From Verrucomicrobiota bacterium (GTDB lineage Bacteria > Verrucomicrobiota > Verrucomicrobiia > Verrucomicrobiales > Akkermansiaceae): 61,137 nt of DNA. The notes under the pieces were generated by a model. That model did not search any database. It saw only the letters and a list, made by a program, of their open reading frames with translations, and had not been told where the DNA came from. Below are positions 22,255 to 32,900 of the stretch, in pieces (positions within the stretch are counted from its first letter, which is position 1; each line of letters starts with the position of its first letter). Position numbers and translations under genes: made by a program. The stretch lies in NCBI GenBank assembly GCA_039186735.1, contig JBCCZX010000001.1, forward strand, positions 1-61,137. The letters run 5' to 3'.

Positions 22255-22947
22255 TTATTCGGCGGGATTGTTGAGAATGTCTCTTAGGATGGGGATGTTT
22301 TGGAGCCAGTCGGGTTGGGTTTCGTAGAGGGCGTAGGTACCGCCGCCGAGAAGAGCGACGAGGGTGACGAGGATGGCGACGGGGCGTTTTTTCCGGGGAC
22401 GGCGTTCGGGTTTTTTGTCGGGGTCGGGGAGGTAGGATTTTTCGGGCTGGGGCTCTATTGCGGGGGCTTTTTGGTCGGGGGTTTTGGCTGAGAGATCTTG
22501 GTTCGCGAGGAGGGTATGGAGTTCTTCGGCGGAGCTGGAGTGGCGGGCGAGGAGGGCGGAAATGAAAGGGGTGAGAGCGCCGAGAGCAGATGCGATTTTG
22601 CCTTCGCCGAGGTTGGTGGATTTCGCGATGGGGGCAATGTAGTCGGTGAGTTCGGGGCCGAGGAGACGGGCGAGGGTTCCTTTGCCAGCGCGCATGATCT
22701 CGGGGCCGCGGTGGGTGAGGGATTCGTCGGGATCGTCGAGAAGGGACGGATCGGTCTTGGCGATGATTTGGTCGAGGGCGGGGGACTTCGAGGGATTAGC
22801 GGCGGCGGTTTTGAAGATGGTGAGAATGGTGGGGAGGGCTTCTTCGAGGAGTTGGGAGACGTCGTCGGCGGGGAGGCCGAGGAGGTCGGAGAGATCGGTG
22901 AGGGTGTCTAGGTTGAAGCGGGATTTAGCGAGCGTGAGGAGGTCCAT
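22255..22947 (-). CDS. DUF937-like helical protein with C-terminal membrane anchor
   Basis: L..LSDLLG...ALPTIL, G...L..LLG, LGALTPFI pattern; C-terminal TM. Confidence 0.6.
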   Translation of the reverse strand: MDLLTLAKSRFNLDTLTDLSDLLGLPADDVSQLLEEALPTILTIFKTAAANPSKSPALDQIIAKTDPSLLDDPDESLTHRGPEIMRAGKGTLARLLGPELTDYIAPIAKSTNLGEGKIASALGALTPFISALLARHSSSAEELHTLLANQDLSAKTPDQKAPAIEPQPEKSYLPDPDKKPERRPRKKRPVAILVTLVALLGGGTYALYETQPDWLQNIPILRDILNNPAE

Positions 22948-23042
22948 GGATTTGGAGTGCGGTGAGAATCACCGTTTTTTTGAGGTGTGTCTGAAAACGG
23001 ATTAGAAACGAACTTCTTCGTGAGTTTTATTCGGATTTTCTG

Positions 23043-23112
23043 GTGGAGTCCAGAGCGGTCCCGCATTCCGAGAGGCTTGTTGCAGTGAAGTGGAGGTGGT
23101 GCTCCGCGCTCC
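23043..23112 (-). repeat. Family B REP (23090-23112) plus a degenerate related palindrome (23043-23069)
   Basis: Reverse complement GGAGCGCGGAGCACCACCTCCAC matches the REPs flanking RAYT2. Confidence 0.6.
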
Positions 23113-23116
23113 TTTT

Positions 23117-24121
23117 CTAGAATCCGGCGAGGACGATTTTTCCTCGGGAGGTGTTGGATTCGATGAGTTCGTGGGCGCGGCGGAGGTTGGTAGCATTGAT
23201 GGTGCCGAAGGTTTCGTTGAGGGTGGTTTTGAGTTTGCCGTCGTCGATGAGTTGGGCGGTTTCGGCGAGAAGTTCGTGTTGTTTGATCATGTCTTCGGTT
23301 TGGAAAAGGGAGCGGGTGAACATGAGCTCCCAGTGCCAGGAGACGGCTTTGAGTTTGAAGGGTATGATGTCGAGTGATTCGGGGTCGTCGATGATGGCGA
23401 TTTTGCCTTGAGGGGCGATGGCTTCGGCGATGGCGGGGAGATGTTTGTCGGTTTGGTTGAGGGTGGCGATGGCGTCCACGTGGGGGATGCCGAGGGCTTT
23501 GAGTTCTTCGTGGAGAGGGTTGCGGTGGTTGATGACATGGTCAGCGCCGAGGTCGAGGATCCATTGTTGGGTTTCGTCGCGGGAGGCGGTGCCAATGACA
23601 GTGAGTTGAGTGAGTTGTTTGGCGAGTTGGACCATGATGGAACCGACGCCACCGGCGGCTCCGATGATGAGGAGGCTTCCCGTAGATGAGGAATTGAACT
23701 GGAGGCGGTCGAAGAGAATTTCCCAGGCGGTGATTGTTGTGAGAGGGAGAGCGGCTGCTTCGGGAAAGCTGAGGGAAGTGGGCATTTTTGAGGCGATGCG
23801 CTCATCGACGAGGTGGAATTCGCTGTTGCAGCCGGGGCGGTCAATGGCGCCGGCATACCAGATTTTGTCGCCGGGTTGGAAGAGAGTGACGTCAGGACCG
23901 ACCGCTTCGACGGTTCCGGAGGCGTCCCAGCCGAGGACGGCGTATTCGCCTTCGGCCGGTTCCTGACGCATGCGGATTTTGACGTCGACGGGGTTGACCG
24001 AGACGGCTTCGACGTGGACGAGAATGTCGTGGCCGGTGGCTTTGGGCTTGGGAAGATCGACGTCGAGGAGGGAGTTGGGATCGGTGATGGGAAGGGATTT
24101 TTGGTAGGCGGCCGCTTTCAT
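23117..24121 (-). CDS. Zinc-binding alcohol dehydrogenase-family / quinone oxidoreductase-like protein
   Basis: SVNPVDVK, LGWDASG, GAAGGVG, WELMFTRS. Confidence 0.92.
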   Translation of the reverse strand: MKAAAYQKSLPITDPNSLLDVDLPKPKATGHDILVHVEAVSVNPVDVKIRMRQEPAEGEYAVLGWDASGTVEAVGPDVTLFQPGDKIWYAGAIDRPGCNSEFHLVDERIASKMPTSLSFPEAAALPLTTITAWEILFDRLQFNSSSTGSLLIIGAAGGVGSIMVQLAKQLTQLTVIGTASRDETQQWILDLGADHVINHRNPLHEELKALGIPHVDAIATLNQTDKHLPAIAEAIAPQGKIAIIDDPESLDIIPFKLKAVSWHWELMFTRSLFQTEDMIKQHELLAETAQLIDDGKLKTTLNETFGTINATNLRRAHELIESNTSRGKIVLAGF

Positions 24122-24212
24122 CTTTCTGGGACGTTAGGAAGGATTTTGGGCGCGGTCTAGAGTGGGGAGGAAAAAGGTTGGAAGATTTTGGGATTCATTG
24201 GGTAATCACGGC

Positions 24213-26660
24213 ATGTTTCCAGTGATTCGGAATTGGTTTTTGGCGATAGGTTTTGTGTTTGGGGGTGGGTTTTTGGTGGCAAAGGTGGAGAACTTTGATT
24301 TTGGGTGGAAATTTCATGCGGGTGAGGTTGAGGGGGCGGAGGCGGTGGATTTTGATGATGCTGGTTGGCGGGATGTCGATTTGCCACACGACTGGAGTAT
24401 TGAGGGTGAGTTCAGCAAGGAGCACCCCTCGTTTTCGCGAGGTGCTTGGGTGCAGACGGGGAAGGTGGTTTATCGAAAGACCTTTGAGGTTCCGGCGGAG
24501 GCCGAGGGGCAGCGGTACGTGATTTATTTTGGCGGGGCTTACCGGAATTCAGAGGTCTTTTTGAATGGGCAACTGTTAGGGAAGCGGCCTTTGGGTTATA
24601 TCTCGTTTCATTATGATCTGACGGAGCATCTGAATTTTGGTGGGGAGAATGTGGTGACGGTGAAGTTGGACAATTCGAGTCAGCCGGGGTCTCGGTGGTA
24701 CACAGGGACGGGGATTTATCGGCATGTGAAGCTGATTACGTCGGGAAAACTTTTTGTGCCGGTTTGGGGGAATCGGATTGTGGCGGATGATTACACGGAC
24801 AAGAGCGCGGAGGTGAAGTTGGAGACGACGGTGCGGAATGATTTTGAGGAGGCACGGGAGTTGGTTATTCGTCATAAGGCTTTTGAGCCGGGAGGAACGT
24901 TGTCGGCTACGGTCGAGGGAGCTTTGACTTTGGAAGCAGGTGAGGAACAGATGATGAATTTGAGGCTGGATGTTCCGAATCCGCAGATATGGAGTCAGGA
25001 GACGCCGAACTTGTATGAGGTGGTGACGGAGCTTCTAGTAGATGGAGTAGTAGTGTATTCCGAAAAGGAGACAACGGGGATTCGGCGCTTGGAATTTAGT
25101 GCGGCGGAGGGGTTCAAGTTGAATGGCGAGGTGGTGAAGTTGAAGGGGGTGTGTTTGCACCATGCGGGGGGACCGATTGGGGCGGCGATTTATCCGAGGA
25201 CGACGGAGAGGCAATTGGAAATTCTTCGTGAGATGGGCTGCAATGCGATTCGGACGGCCCACAACCCGTTTTCGGAGGAGTTCTTGGATGTGTGTGACCG
25301 GATGGGCTTTCTGGTGATGAACGAAATGTTCGACGAGTGGGAAATTGTGAAGGAGCCGGCGACCACGCAGAACGGGAAGAAGATTCGTATTCCGGTGGAT
25401 TACTACGCGGGGATTTTCCAGGAGTGGGCGGACCGGGATTTGCGGGACTTTGTGCTACGGGATCGAAATCATCCTTCAGTGATCATGTGGAGTATCGGGA
25501 ATGAAATTGACCAGATGCACGAGGAAGAGGGGGCGCACATCGGGAAGCGCTTGGGGGATATTGTTCGGGAGTTGGATGATCGACCCATTACGAATGGGGT
25601 GAATGGGTATGGTTGGGACAAGTATCCGAATGATGAGGCGGTGGCGACGAGTGACATTATCGGGTACAACTATATTTTTCAGAAGGGCTTTGATCGGGAG
25701 TGGGAGATTCACTCGGACCGGATGACGGTGGTGACTGAGCATCAATCCGCGCAGGCCTTTTATCCGCGCTCGACTTATCTTTATGGAAAGGCGGAGAAGG
25801 AGTTTTGGGACAAGCTTGGGTATGAAGAGCTGGACGCTCGGGAATGGGTCGAGAGCCGGGGCTTGGTGGGGCCGAAGGGGGTGGATGCGTGGCGGTTGGT
25901 GAAGGAGCGACCGCATGTGATGGGGATCTTTATTTGGACCGGTTGGGACTATTTGGGGGAAGTGATTCCGTGGGGATGGCCGGCGCGTTCATCGTGTTTT
26001 GCGCCCATTGATTTGTGTGGTTTCCCGAAAGACGGGTATTACTTCTATCAAAGTCAGTGGACGGAGGAGCCGATGGTGCATGTCTTTCCCCATTGGAATC
26101 TTGAGGGAGCAACGGGCGAGCCGGTGCAGGTTTACACTTATACGAATGGGGATGAGGTGGAGTTGTATCAGGACGGGAAGTTGGTTGGGAAGCAGAGCAA
26201 TGATCGGGAGGGAGTGCGGTATCAGGTTTGGGATTTGGTTTATCAGCCGGGTGAGTTGAAGGCAGTGAGCTATCGCGATGGAAAAGTGGTTGCGGAGAAG
26301 GTCGTGAAGACGGTGGGTGAGCCGGCGAAGATTGAGGTCACCACGCGCCGGGCAGAGATGAAGGCAAACGGTCAGGATTTGATTTATGTGGAGTGCACCA
26401 TTCTCGACAAAGACGGGAATGAGGTTCCGACAGCGAACAACATGCTCAAGTTTGACCTAGAAGGTCCGGCGGTCATTGCGGGGATTGGGAACGGGGATAG
26501 TATGGGGCTGGAGCCGTTTCATGCGAATCCGCGGTCGGCTTTTCATGGGAAGAGCCTCGCGATTCTGAAGTCGACGCAGGAAGCAGGTGTCATCACTTGC
26601 ACGGTAAGTGGAGAGGGTTTGGAGACTGCAGTGATTGATTTGAAGGCGGTTACACCGTGA
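24213..26660 (+). CDS. Exported GH2 glycoside hydrolase (beta-galactosidase-like)
   Basis: LPHDWSIE, SRWYTGTGIYR, NAIRTAHNP, WSIGNE, WTGWDYLGE. Confidence 0.93.
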   Translation: MFPVIRNWFLAIGFVFGGGFLVAKVENFDFGWKFHAGEVEGAEAVDFDDAGWRDVDLPHDWSIEGEFSKEHPSFSRGAWVQTGKVVYRKTFEVPAEAEGQRYVIYFGGAYRNSEVFLNGQLLGKRPLGYISFHYDLTEHLNFGGENVVTVKLDNSSQPGSRWYTGTGIYRHVKLITSGKLFVPVWGNRIVADDYTDKSAEVKLETTVRNDFEEARELVIRHKAFEPGGTLSATVEGALTLEAGEEQMMNLRLDVPNPQIWSQETPNLYEVVTELLVDGVVVYSEKETTGIRRLEFSAAEGFKLNGEVVKLKGVCLHHAGGPIGAAIYPRTTERQLEILREMGCNAIRTAHNPFSEEFLDVCDRMGFLVMNEMFDEWEIVKEPATTQNGKKIRIPVDYYAGIFQEWADRDLRDFVLRDRNHPSVIMWSIGNEIDQMHEEEGAHIGKRLGDIVRELDDRPITNGVNGYGWDKYPNDEAVATSDIIGYNYIFQKGFDREWEIHSDRMTVVTEHQSAQAFYPRSTYLYGKAEKEFWDKLGYEELDAREWVESRGLVGPKGVDAWRLVKERPHVMGIFIWTGWDYLGEVIPWGWPARSSCFAPIDLCGFPKDGYYFYQSQWTEEPMVHVFPHWNLEGATGEPVQVYTYTNGDEVELYQDGKLVGKQSNDREGVRYQVWDLVYQPGELKAVSYRDGKVVAEKVVKTVGEPAKIEVTTRRAEMKANGQDLIYVECTILDKDGNEVPTANNMLKFDLEGPAVIAGIGNGDSMGLEPFHANPRSAFHGKSLAILKSTQEAGVITCTVSGEGLETAVIDLKAVTP

Positions 26661-26663
26661 CGG

Positions 26664-27608
26664 TCATCTCGGTTTTTTGCGATAGATTTTTGCCATTTCT
26701 CTCATGAGGGCTTCGAGTTGGCGGTAGTATTCGTCTTCGGGGAGATGAGGCTTTCGTTGGCGGAGGGCGTTGATGGCTTGTTCGATTTGGGAGCGGTCTT
26801 TTTTCGCTTGGGCGGAAAGTTTTGGCGATTCTGAGGGAGCAAGGAGGTAGATTTCTCGGGCGGTGGGGCCGTCTTCTCCGGCGGTTGAGATGAGGCCTTC
26901 GAAGGTTGTGACCTCGGTGGGGGAGCCGTCGCCGTTGTCTTCGATGATGGCGTTTTCTTGGACGACTCGTTGTTCGTCGTCGTAGAAGGCTTTGGTTTGG
27001 GAAGAAGCTTGCAAGGTGAGTTCGAGGAGAGAGAGAGCTCCGTCGAGGTCGAGATCGGCGGCGAGAGTCGAGTCTTCCAAGGCGTCGGCAATTTTTTCGC
27101 CGAAGCGGGTGTAGTTGCGCTGATTGGGGCTGCGGACTGGACCGACAATGATTCGGTTTTCGCCGACAAGTGGGGGGAGAAAGGGGAAGCTGGCGGAGAA
27201 CAGGTTGAGGATGATGAGGCGGCGTGAAAAAGGTTTCAGAAGTTTTTGGACTGCGGGGGCATCGATGTCTTTTCCGCGGAGGTTGAAGTTGGCGGTGCGG
27301 CCGTCGAAGCTGCCGTGACCAATCCAGATGAGCCAGAGATCGTCTCCGGTTTTTTCAAGCTGGTTGAGGGTGTTGGTGAGGGTGGTGAGGTCGTCCTCGG
27401 AAGAGGATTCGGCGAGGCCGATGGTTTGGCACTTGAAGTTTCCTTTCGCGGCGAGGTTTTGCCAGGCTTGGGCCTGGCGGTGGAATTCACTTTGATAGAC
27501 GGCTTCGCCGGGATCACTGACGATGATGAGCATGTCGCGAGAACCTTGCGCGTGAGCAGACAAGGCGCCGCAGACGACAAAGGTGAGGAGTCGGACAAAG
27601 AGGTTCAT
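26664..27608 (-). CDS. Exported protein with probable caspase/legumain-like fold, last gene of the MoxR operon
   Basis: ATGA overlap with the upstream gene; signal peptide; LIWIGHGS but SAS where a catalytic Cys would be expected. Confidence 0.55.
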   Translation of the reverse strand: MNLFVRLLTFVVCGALSAHAQGSRDMLIIVSDPGEAVYQSEFHRQAQAWQNLAAKGNFKCQTIGLAESSSEDDLTTLTNTLNQLEKTGDDLWLIWIGHGSFDGRTANFNLRGKDIDAPAVQKLLKPFSRRLIILNLFSASFPFLPPLVGENRIIVGPVRSPNQRNYTRFGEKIADALEDSTLAADLDLDGALSLLELTLQASSQTKAFYDDEQRVVQENAIIEDNGDGSPTEVTTFEGLISTAGEDGPTAREIYLLAPSESPKLSAQAKKDRSQIEQAINALRQRKPHLPEDEYYRQLEALMREMAKIYRKKPR

Positions 27609-29911
27609 GGGAGTTTCTTCCAACGGCGCAAGGACCACTCGCCGATGAAGCAGGCGAGAGCGGCGATGAGCCAGAGTGAGTGATGCCAAAAGGGTTCGGA
27701 GCGCGTTTCGGTGACGGGCAGAGGAAGGTTTTTGAGATTGGCCACAAACTTGTCGAGGTCCCCTGGGGTCAGCACTTCTCCGCCGGTTGAGGAAGCGAGT
27801 TGAGTCATGGCGGCCATTTTGGGGCGGGTGGCGAGATATTCATCCTGGAGGGCGTTAGTGACCCATCCGGCTTGGACGGTTTGGGCTGGGAGGTCGTCGG
27901 TGGCGCGGGTCGAGGCTTCGACGAGGTAGGTTCCCGGCTCAGTGGGATTGTAGTGAGCTTCGCTTATTCCAGGCTGAGACATGTGCGGACGTGGATTGAG
28001 GTGTATCCAAGAATTATCGGGGCGTTGTATGCGGAGTTTGAGCGTGCCAGATTCGTGCGGTTGGAAATCGCTCCCTAACAGCTCGGTGGTGATAGTTGGG
28101 CCGTCGGTGGTGGTGGTTTTGTTTTCGATGGCCAAGGAAAGGGGACGAGGAACATCGGAGAGAAGCCAGCGGGTGAGCTGTCGCCACGTTTTGTTCATGT
28201 CGGCGCGGGCATCCGGATTTTTGAGGCCCCACTTCCAGAGGTCAACAGTACCGAGGATGGCGGTGTGTCCGCGACCGTAACGACGCGTGACGAGAGCCGG
28301 GCTGGTTCCTTCGGGAGTTTCGAAGAGGCCGATTTCCATGGCTCCGGGACGGATGTTGGCAAGGCGATGAATGCTGTTGAATTTCGGCATTTCTTGAATT
28401 CGCCTGGCTTCTTCTTCCTCGGTTTTTCTGAGGCGGGCCCAAGGTTCCAAGCGACCTTCGCGAGTGAGTTGGAAGCGACCGGAGGTAGGGCCTCCAGATG
28501 GAGTTTCGGGTTCTAGATATACTGGGAGCATTTCGCCAATGGGTGTTCCTTGGTAGCCGCCGACGTCGAGGGATTCCATACCGCCTAACATGAGAACGCT
28601 ACCGCCGCGTTCGGAAACAAAGCGTTGGACAAGGCGTAGCTGGTCGCGGTCAAAGAATGCGGCTTCGATATCGTCGAGGATGACGGTGTCGAAAGGGAAG
28701 AGTTCAGCGGTTGTTCTTGGGAACCCTCCCACGAGTTCGTTGGCGTCCTTGGTCTTGAGGCGGATGAAGACGGCTTCATCGAAGCGTTCGGCTTCTTCTT
28801 GTTGTTCGAAGCCCCGGTAGAGTGGGTTACTGCGCTCTCCCTTGCGACTCCGGTAGTCGAACTTGGGTTCGCGGCGGGCGATGCGGATGAGGCTGGTGAG
28901 GCGGATGGCAGGGTCGTCTTCGAGGGCTCTTTGGAGGAATTTGTGTTCGAAGTTCGGGCGTCCGCCGAGATAGAGGACACGGTAGGGACCGGTTTCGCGG
29001 TTGGCGGCAACGAGGCGGCTGTTGTTTTCGAGGGTGGCTTCTTTTTGGTCGTTTGCTTGCGCTCGTGCGACTTCGACTTTGAAAAAGGCGGTGCCGCTTG
29101 CCTCGGGGCGGACCTGAAAGCGGATGTTCAAGTTGGCCTCATCGCTGGTGATGGTCTGGCTCTGTTCGTCGAGTTTCTTACCGTTGAGTTCGTGAATCGA
29201 GGCGACAAATTTTTGGTCCTTGAGGCCTTGGGCTGAGATGGTGGCATCGACGATGAGGGGGGCGTCTTCAAAGAGGGTGGCTTGGGCGGTGACCTTGGAG
29301 ACCGAGAGGTCTCGCAAGGGTTCTTCCGGTTCGATGACTAGGGGGAAGGTGGGTGGGAGGTCCTTGAGGTTGGCGAGGCTGTCGGAGGGGCTTCCATCGG
29401 TCAGGACGAGAATGCCTGCGAGCGGCCGTCCTTGGTACCGATCGTGGAGGTCGTTCAAGGCCTTGCCGAGAGCGGAGCGCGGGCCTTCGAAAGAGAGGGG
29501 GGTGTCCGGATCATTTTGCTGGAGGCGAACATCATAGGTGTAGGAATCGACGAGGAAGTCCTTGGCTAGGCTCTCCTGCCAAGAGGCTGGTTCAGCGGGA
29601 AAAAGTTCCTGAAGGGTGTCGGCACGAGAGCGTTCGTTCTTTTGGTCCTTCAAGGTCATGCTGGCGCTGTTATCGAGTAGAATAGCCCAGTGATTGGTGC
29701 CGGGACGAATGAAGGAGGTGACGACTTCCGGTTGGAGAAGGAAGACGAGGAGAAGGGCGAAGCCAGTCCACTTGAGACTGGCTGCCAGAAATCGATGACC
29801 GACCGGCATGGAAGGGTTTTTCCAGTAGCTGAGAATGAGGGCGATGGCGATGACGGCCAAGGCAATGAGTCCTGGTAGGAGCCACTGTTGTTCGGTCCAA
29901 ACAATGGTCAT
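27605..29911 (-). CDS. Membrane protein with vWA-like and class-I glutamine-amidotransferase-like domains
   Basis: Two N-terminal TMs, ILLDNSASM (MIDAS), VLTDG, RVLYLGGRP..EHKFL, FVSERGGSVLMLGG; C-terminal TM..EWSLRR. Confidence 0.75.
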   Translation of the reverse strand: MTIVWTEQQWLLPGLIALAVIAIALILSYWKNPSMPVGHRFLAASLKWTGFALLLVFLLQPEVVTSFIRPGTNHWAILLDNSASMTLKDQKNERSRADTLQELFPAEPASWQESLAKDFLVDSYTYDVRLQQNDPDTPLSFEGPRSALGKALNDLHDRYQGRPLAGILVLTDGSPSDSLANLKDLPPTFPLVIEPEEPLRDLSVSKVTAQATLFEDAPLIVDATISAQGLKDQKFVASIHELNGKKLDEQSQTITSDEANLNIRFQVRPEASGTAFFKVEVARAQANDQKEATLENNSRLVAANRETGPYRVLYLGGRPNFEHKFLQRALEDDPAIRLTSLIRIARREPKFDYRSRKGERSNPLYRGFEQQEEAERFDEAVFIRLKTKDANELVGGFPRTTAELFPFDTVILDDIEAAFFDRDQLRLVQRFVSERGGSVLMLGGMESLDVGGYQGTPIGEMLPVYLEPETPSGGPTSGRFQLTREGRLEPWARLRKTEEEEARRIQEMPKFNSIHRLANIRPGAMEIGLFETPEGTSPALVTRRYGRGHTAILGTVDLWKWGLKNPDARADMNKTWRQLTRWLLSDVPRPLSLAIENKTTTTDGPTITTELLGSDFQPHESGTLKLRIQRPDNSWIHLNPRPHMSQPGISEAHYNPTEPGTYLVEASTRATDDLPAQTVQAGWVTNALQDEYLATRPKMAAMTQLASSTGGEVLTPGDLDKFVANLKNLPLPVTETRSEPFWHHSLWLIAALACFIGEWSLRRWKKLP

Positions 29912-32900
29912 GGTTGGGTGGCTTCCTCCTTGCCGAGTTCCTCGAAGTATTGGCTGACAATTTCCTGGTATTGCTCCGGTACGAGGTCGCGGCCAACGGG
30001 TGCGAGAGGGTCGTCGTGGTCCAATTCGCGTAGTTGGGCATCGATTTTCTTGGCGGCTTCGCGGAGAGGTTGGATGACCTCGCGGAGGATTCGGCTTTCG
30101 TCCGGGGCGATGGAATGGCGCTTGAGATTTTTACGCATTTCGTGGCTAGCTTGGCGAGCGCGAGAGACCGCCGATTGAGCCTCGGGAGCGGTCATGATGG
30201 CTTCCAAATCTGACATCCGGTCGCGCCATTCGCCATACTGTTCGTTGGCAATGGCGCTTCCTCCTGAGAAACCAGAACCCCCATGACCTTGGCCAAGGGC
30301 ATGGGATTGATTGCCTTGACCGGGTGTGTTTCCGGGCGTTTGGCCGGGTTGTTGTCCCGGACCAGAACGTTGCCCTCGTGCCGGACCTTGTGCTTGTCCC
30401 TTGCTCTGGTTTTGACCTTGAGCATGACCAGAACCATTGCCTTCGGATTGGGCCTGACCTTTGCCTGTTCCTTGTCCTTTTCCCTCAGCTTTGGTCTGTC
30501 CCTGGCCGTTGCCGGGGTTTTGTTCCTTGCCCTGAGTTTGAGCCGTTTGTTCTCCCGGGTCTCCAGCTTGATGTTGGCCGGGTTGGCTCGTATTCGTTTG
30601 ACTGCCTTCGGAGCCTTTTCCCGATTCGCTGGCTTGTCCTTGAGCCATTTCGGTGAGTCGTTGGAGTTCGTCGCGTGCGTAGCGGAGAGCTTGCGCTTCG
30701 TTTCCGAGAATGCGCTCAGCGGCGCTTTCGATTTCACTTGTTAGTTGGGCGATGTTTTCTGCGGCGTCTCTGGCGGCGCGGCGGTCTCCCCAGTTTTTCA
30801 TCTTGTTCAAATCTTCCTCGATGCCTTTTTGGTTCGCCTGACGAAGAGCCTCGATCAGGTCTTTGGCGACCAAGGGTTCCGCTTTCTCTGCTGTTTCTGC
30901 GGTTTCTTGAAGTGAAGCGACGAGAGCTTGGTAGTCTTTTTGTTGACGCTCTGCGTCAGGCGAGCTTGGCGTGCTGTCATCGGAGAGCCGGTTGGGTTTC
31001 GGCTGGTTGGAATGGTTTGGAGAAGAGTGGGCGAGCTGTCGCTGGTTGCGTTCGAGGTTGCGGGCGTCTTCCCGAAGTTCGCGTAGCTGTTGGGCCAGCT
31101 TGGCGGCACTGGTTGTGCGAAATTCATCGTGAAGTTGCTCCAGGCTCTCTTGGACGCGGCTACCGGAGGCGAGGGCATCCCCCAGCTTTTTCTTTTCGAG
31201 ATTTTCGTTGGCTTGTTGAGCTTTGTCGCGTGCGTTGGAGAGTCTTTCACTCTGTTCCTCGGGGGCAGCGTCGGCGACTCGTTCTTGAATGCGATCAATG
31301 TCGGCGAGGAGCTCACGCTGTTGTTCCTGAAGTTGTTTGAGGCGTCGTTCGAGCTCAACTTTCTCTTCGGCGGTCTTCGCTTTATTCATTGCCATTTGGA
31401 GGGACTTCATTTCTTCATTGAGATCTCGCTGGCGCTTTGCCAGTTCTCGAAGTCGTTTGAGTGTTTCCATGGCTTCGAGTGCTTCCTTGGCCGTTTCCGG
31501 TTTGGCTGATTTCTCGTGCTCGTAAGGGCTCTCCAGTGATTTCAGGTCGAGATCGTCTTTGATTTGATCGTCTTTAAAGATAGGCGGTTTCGACTGTCCC
31601 TTACTTTGGTTGATCATGGTCTGCGAGCTCTGGAGTTGGTAGAGCGAGCGAAGGGCTACTTGCTCGTGTGCGATAGCTGGGTCGAGCGGTTTGGTAGAGA
31701 TTTCGGTCACGGCATTTGAGAGGAACTCAGAGGCAGATTGCATTTCCAAGCGTGCGTCGGTGGCGAGCTGGCGATCGGCTGGGTCTTTGATGTTGGATTC
31801 CATTTCCTTGGCCATATCGATGGCTATCTTTTGGGAATCGGAGAGTGATTCCAGCTCCTTTTGGGGTGGGGAAGTTGAAGTGATCTCGGAGTGATCCCGG
31901 CGGAGATTCCAGGTTGCTTCGAGGATCTTGGTTTGTAGGACAATTAACTTCTTGCAGGGACTTCCTTCTCCAGGAGGGCCTTGCCGTTGATAGAATTGTT
32001 CGTCGAAATTTCTGACGGGGATGAGGTGGATATCGCCATTGACGCGTCGTTTTTTTCCATCCGGACCAAGGTCTTCGGCCCAAGCATTCCACATGATGAC
32101 GTCGTTAGGTTGGGCTTGCTCGGCTTCGAGGTCGATGAAGTGAGCGAGGCGGCTTCTCTTGGTTCCTGCTTTGGCTGAACCGGGGACTTCTTGCCAGTTT
32201 TCGCCATCAAGGGTGTATCTGAGTCCGTGTTCCAGAATGCCTGAGTCGTCACGGATATTGACAGAGAGTTGGACTTCTTGAATCGGGGTGACTTCGTCCT
32301 TTTTGCGAGGGAGGTCAACTTTGACGATCGGGGGCTTGTTTGTCTTCACTTTGATTTCGAGGACGTCCTTACGGCTGTTTCTTCGACCCTTACTGTCCTT
32401 GAGAACGATCTCGTAACGGGTGCTTTTGGTGAGGGTGTCCGTGAAGTGATGGTTGTTGGGATTGTCTGAGCTGACTCGCAATGGTTTGGCCTGACCTTTC
32501 TGAGGAACAAGCGAAGCGCTGAGTCCGGGGAGATTGGCAACAAGGGTGAGGTCCATTTGGGTGCCTTCCACGGCGTGGATAACGGCGGGGTTTTTAATGA
32601 TTTTCGGAGGTTGGTTGAGGTGTTCTGAAAAATTCAAAACGGCAAGGGAACTTTTGAGAGCAGGGAGGTCATAGACCTCGGCTTGATGGAATTGGCTCGT
32701 GCCTTGTGGTGTGATCACCCGATAGACCATTGATTCCGAAACTGAGGACAATCGGGTCTGAAAGATGGGATCGGTGAAGGGTCGGCTGAGAGAGATGGTC
32801 CGGGTGCCGGATGGGTCGGTGATTTCCAAGGTGGCCTCTGCTGGTGGGTTTTCATCGAAGTGTACTTGGATGGTGAGGGGGCTGTGGCGTTCGAGTTCGA

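Noticed and set aside
30230-30640. G/Q-rich quasi-repeats
   Set aside because: Protein low-complexity linker within the coiled-coil gene; no exact DNA repeat unit
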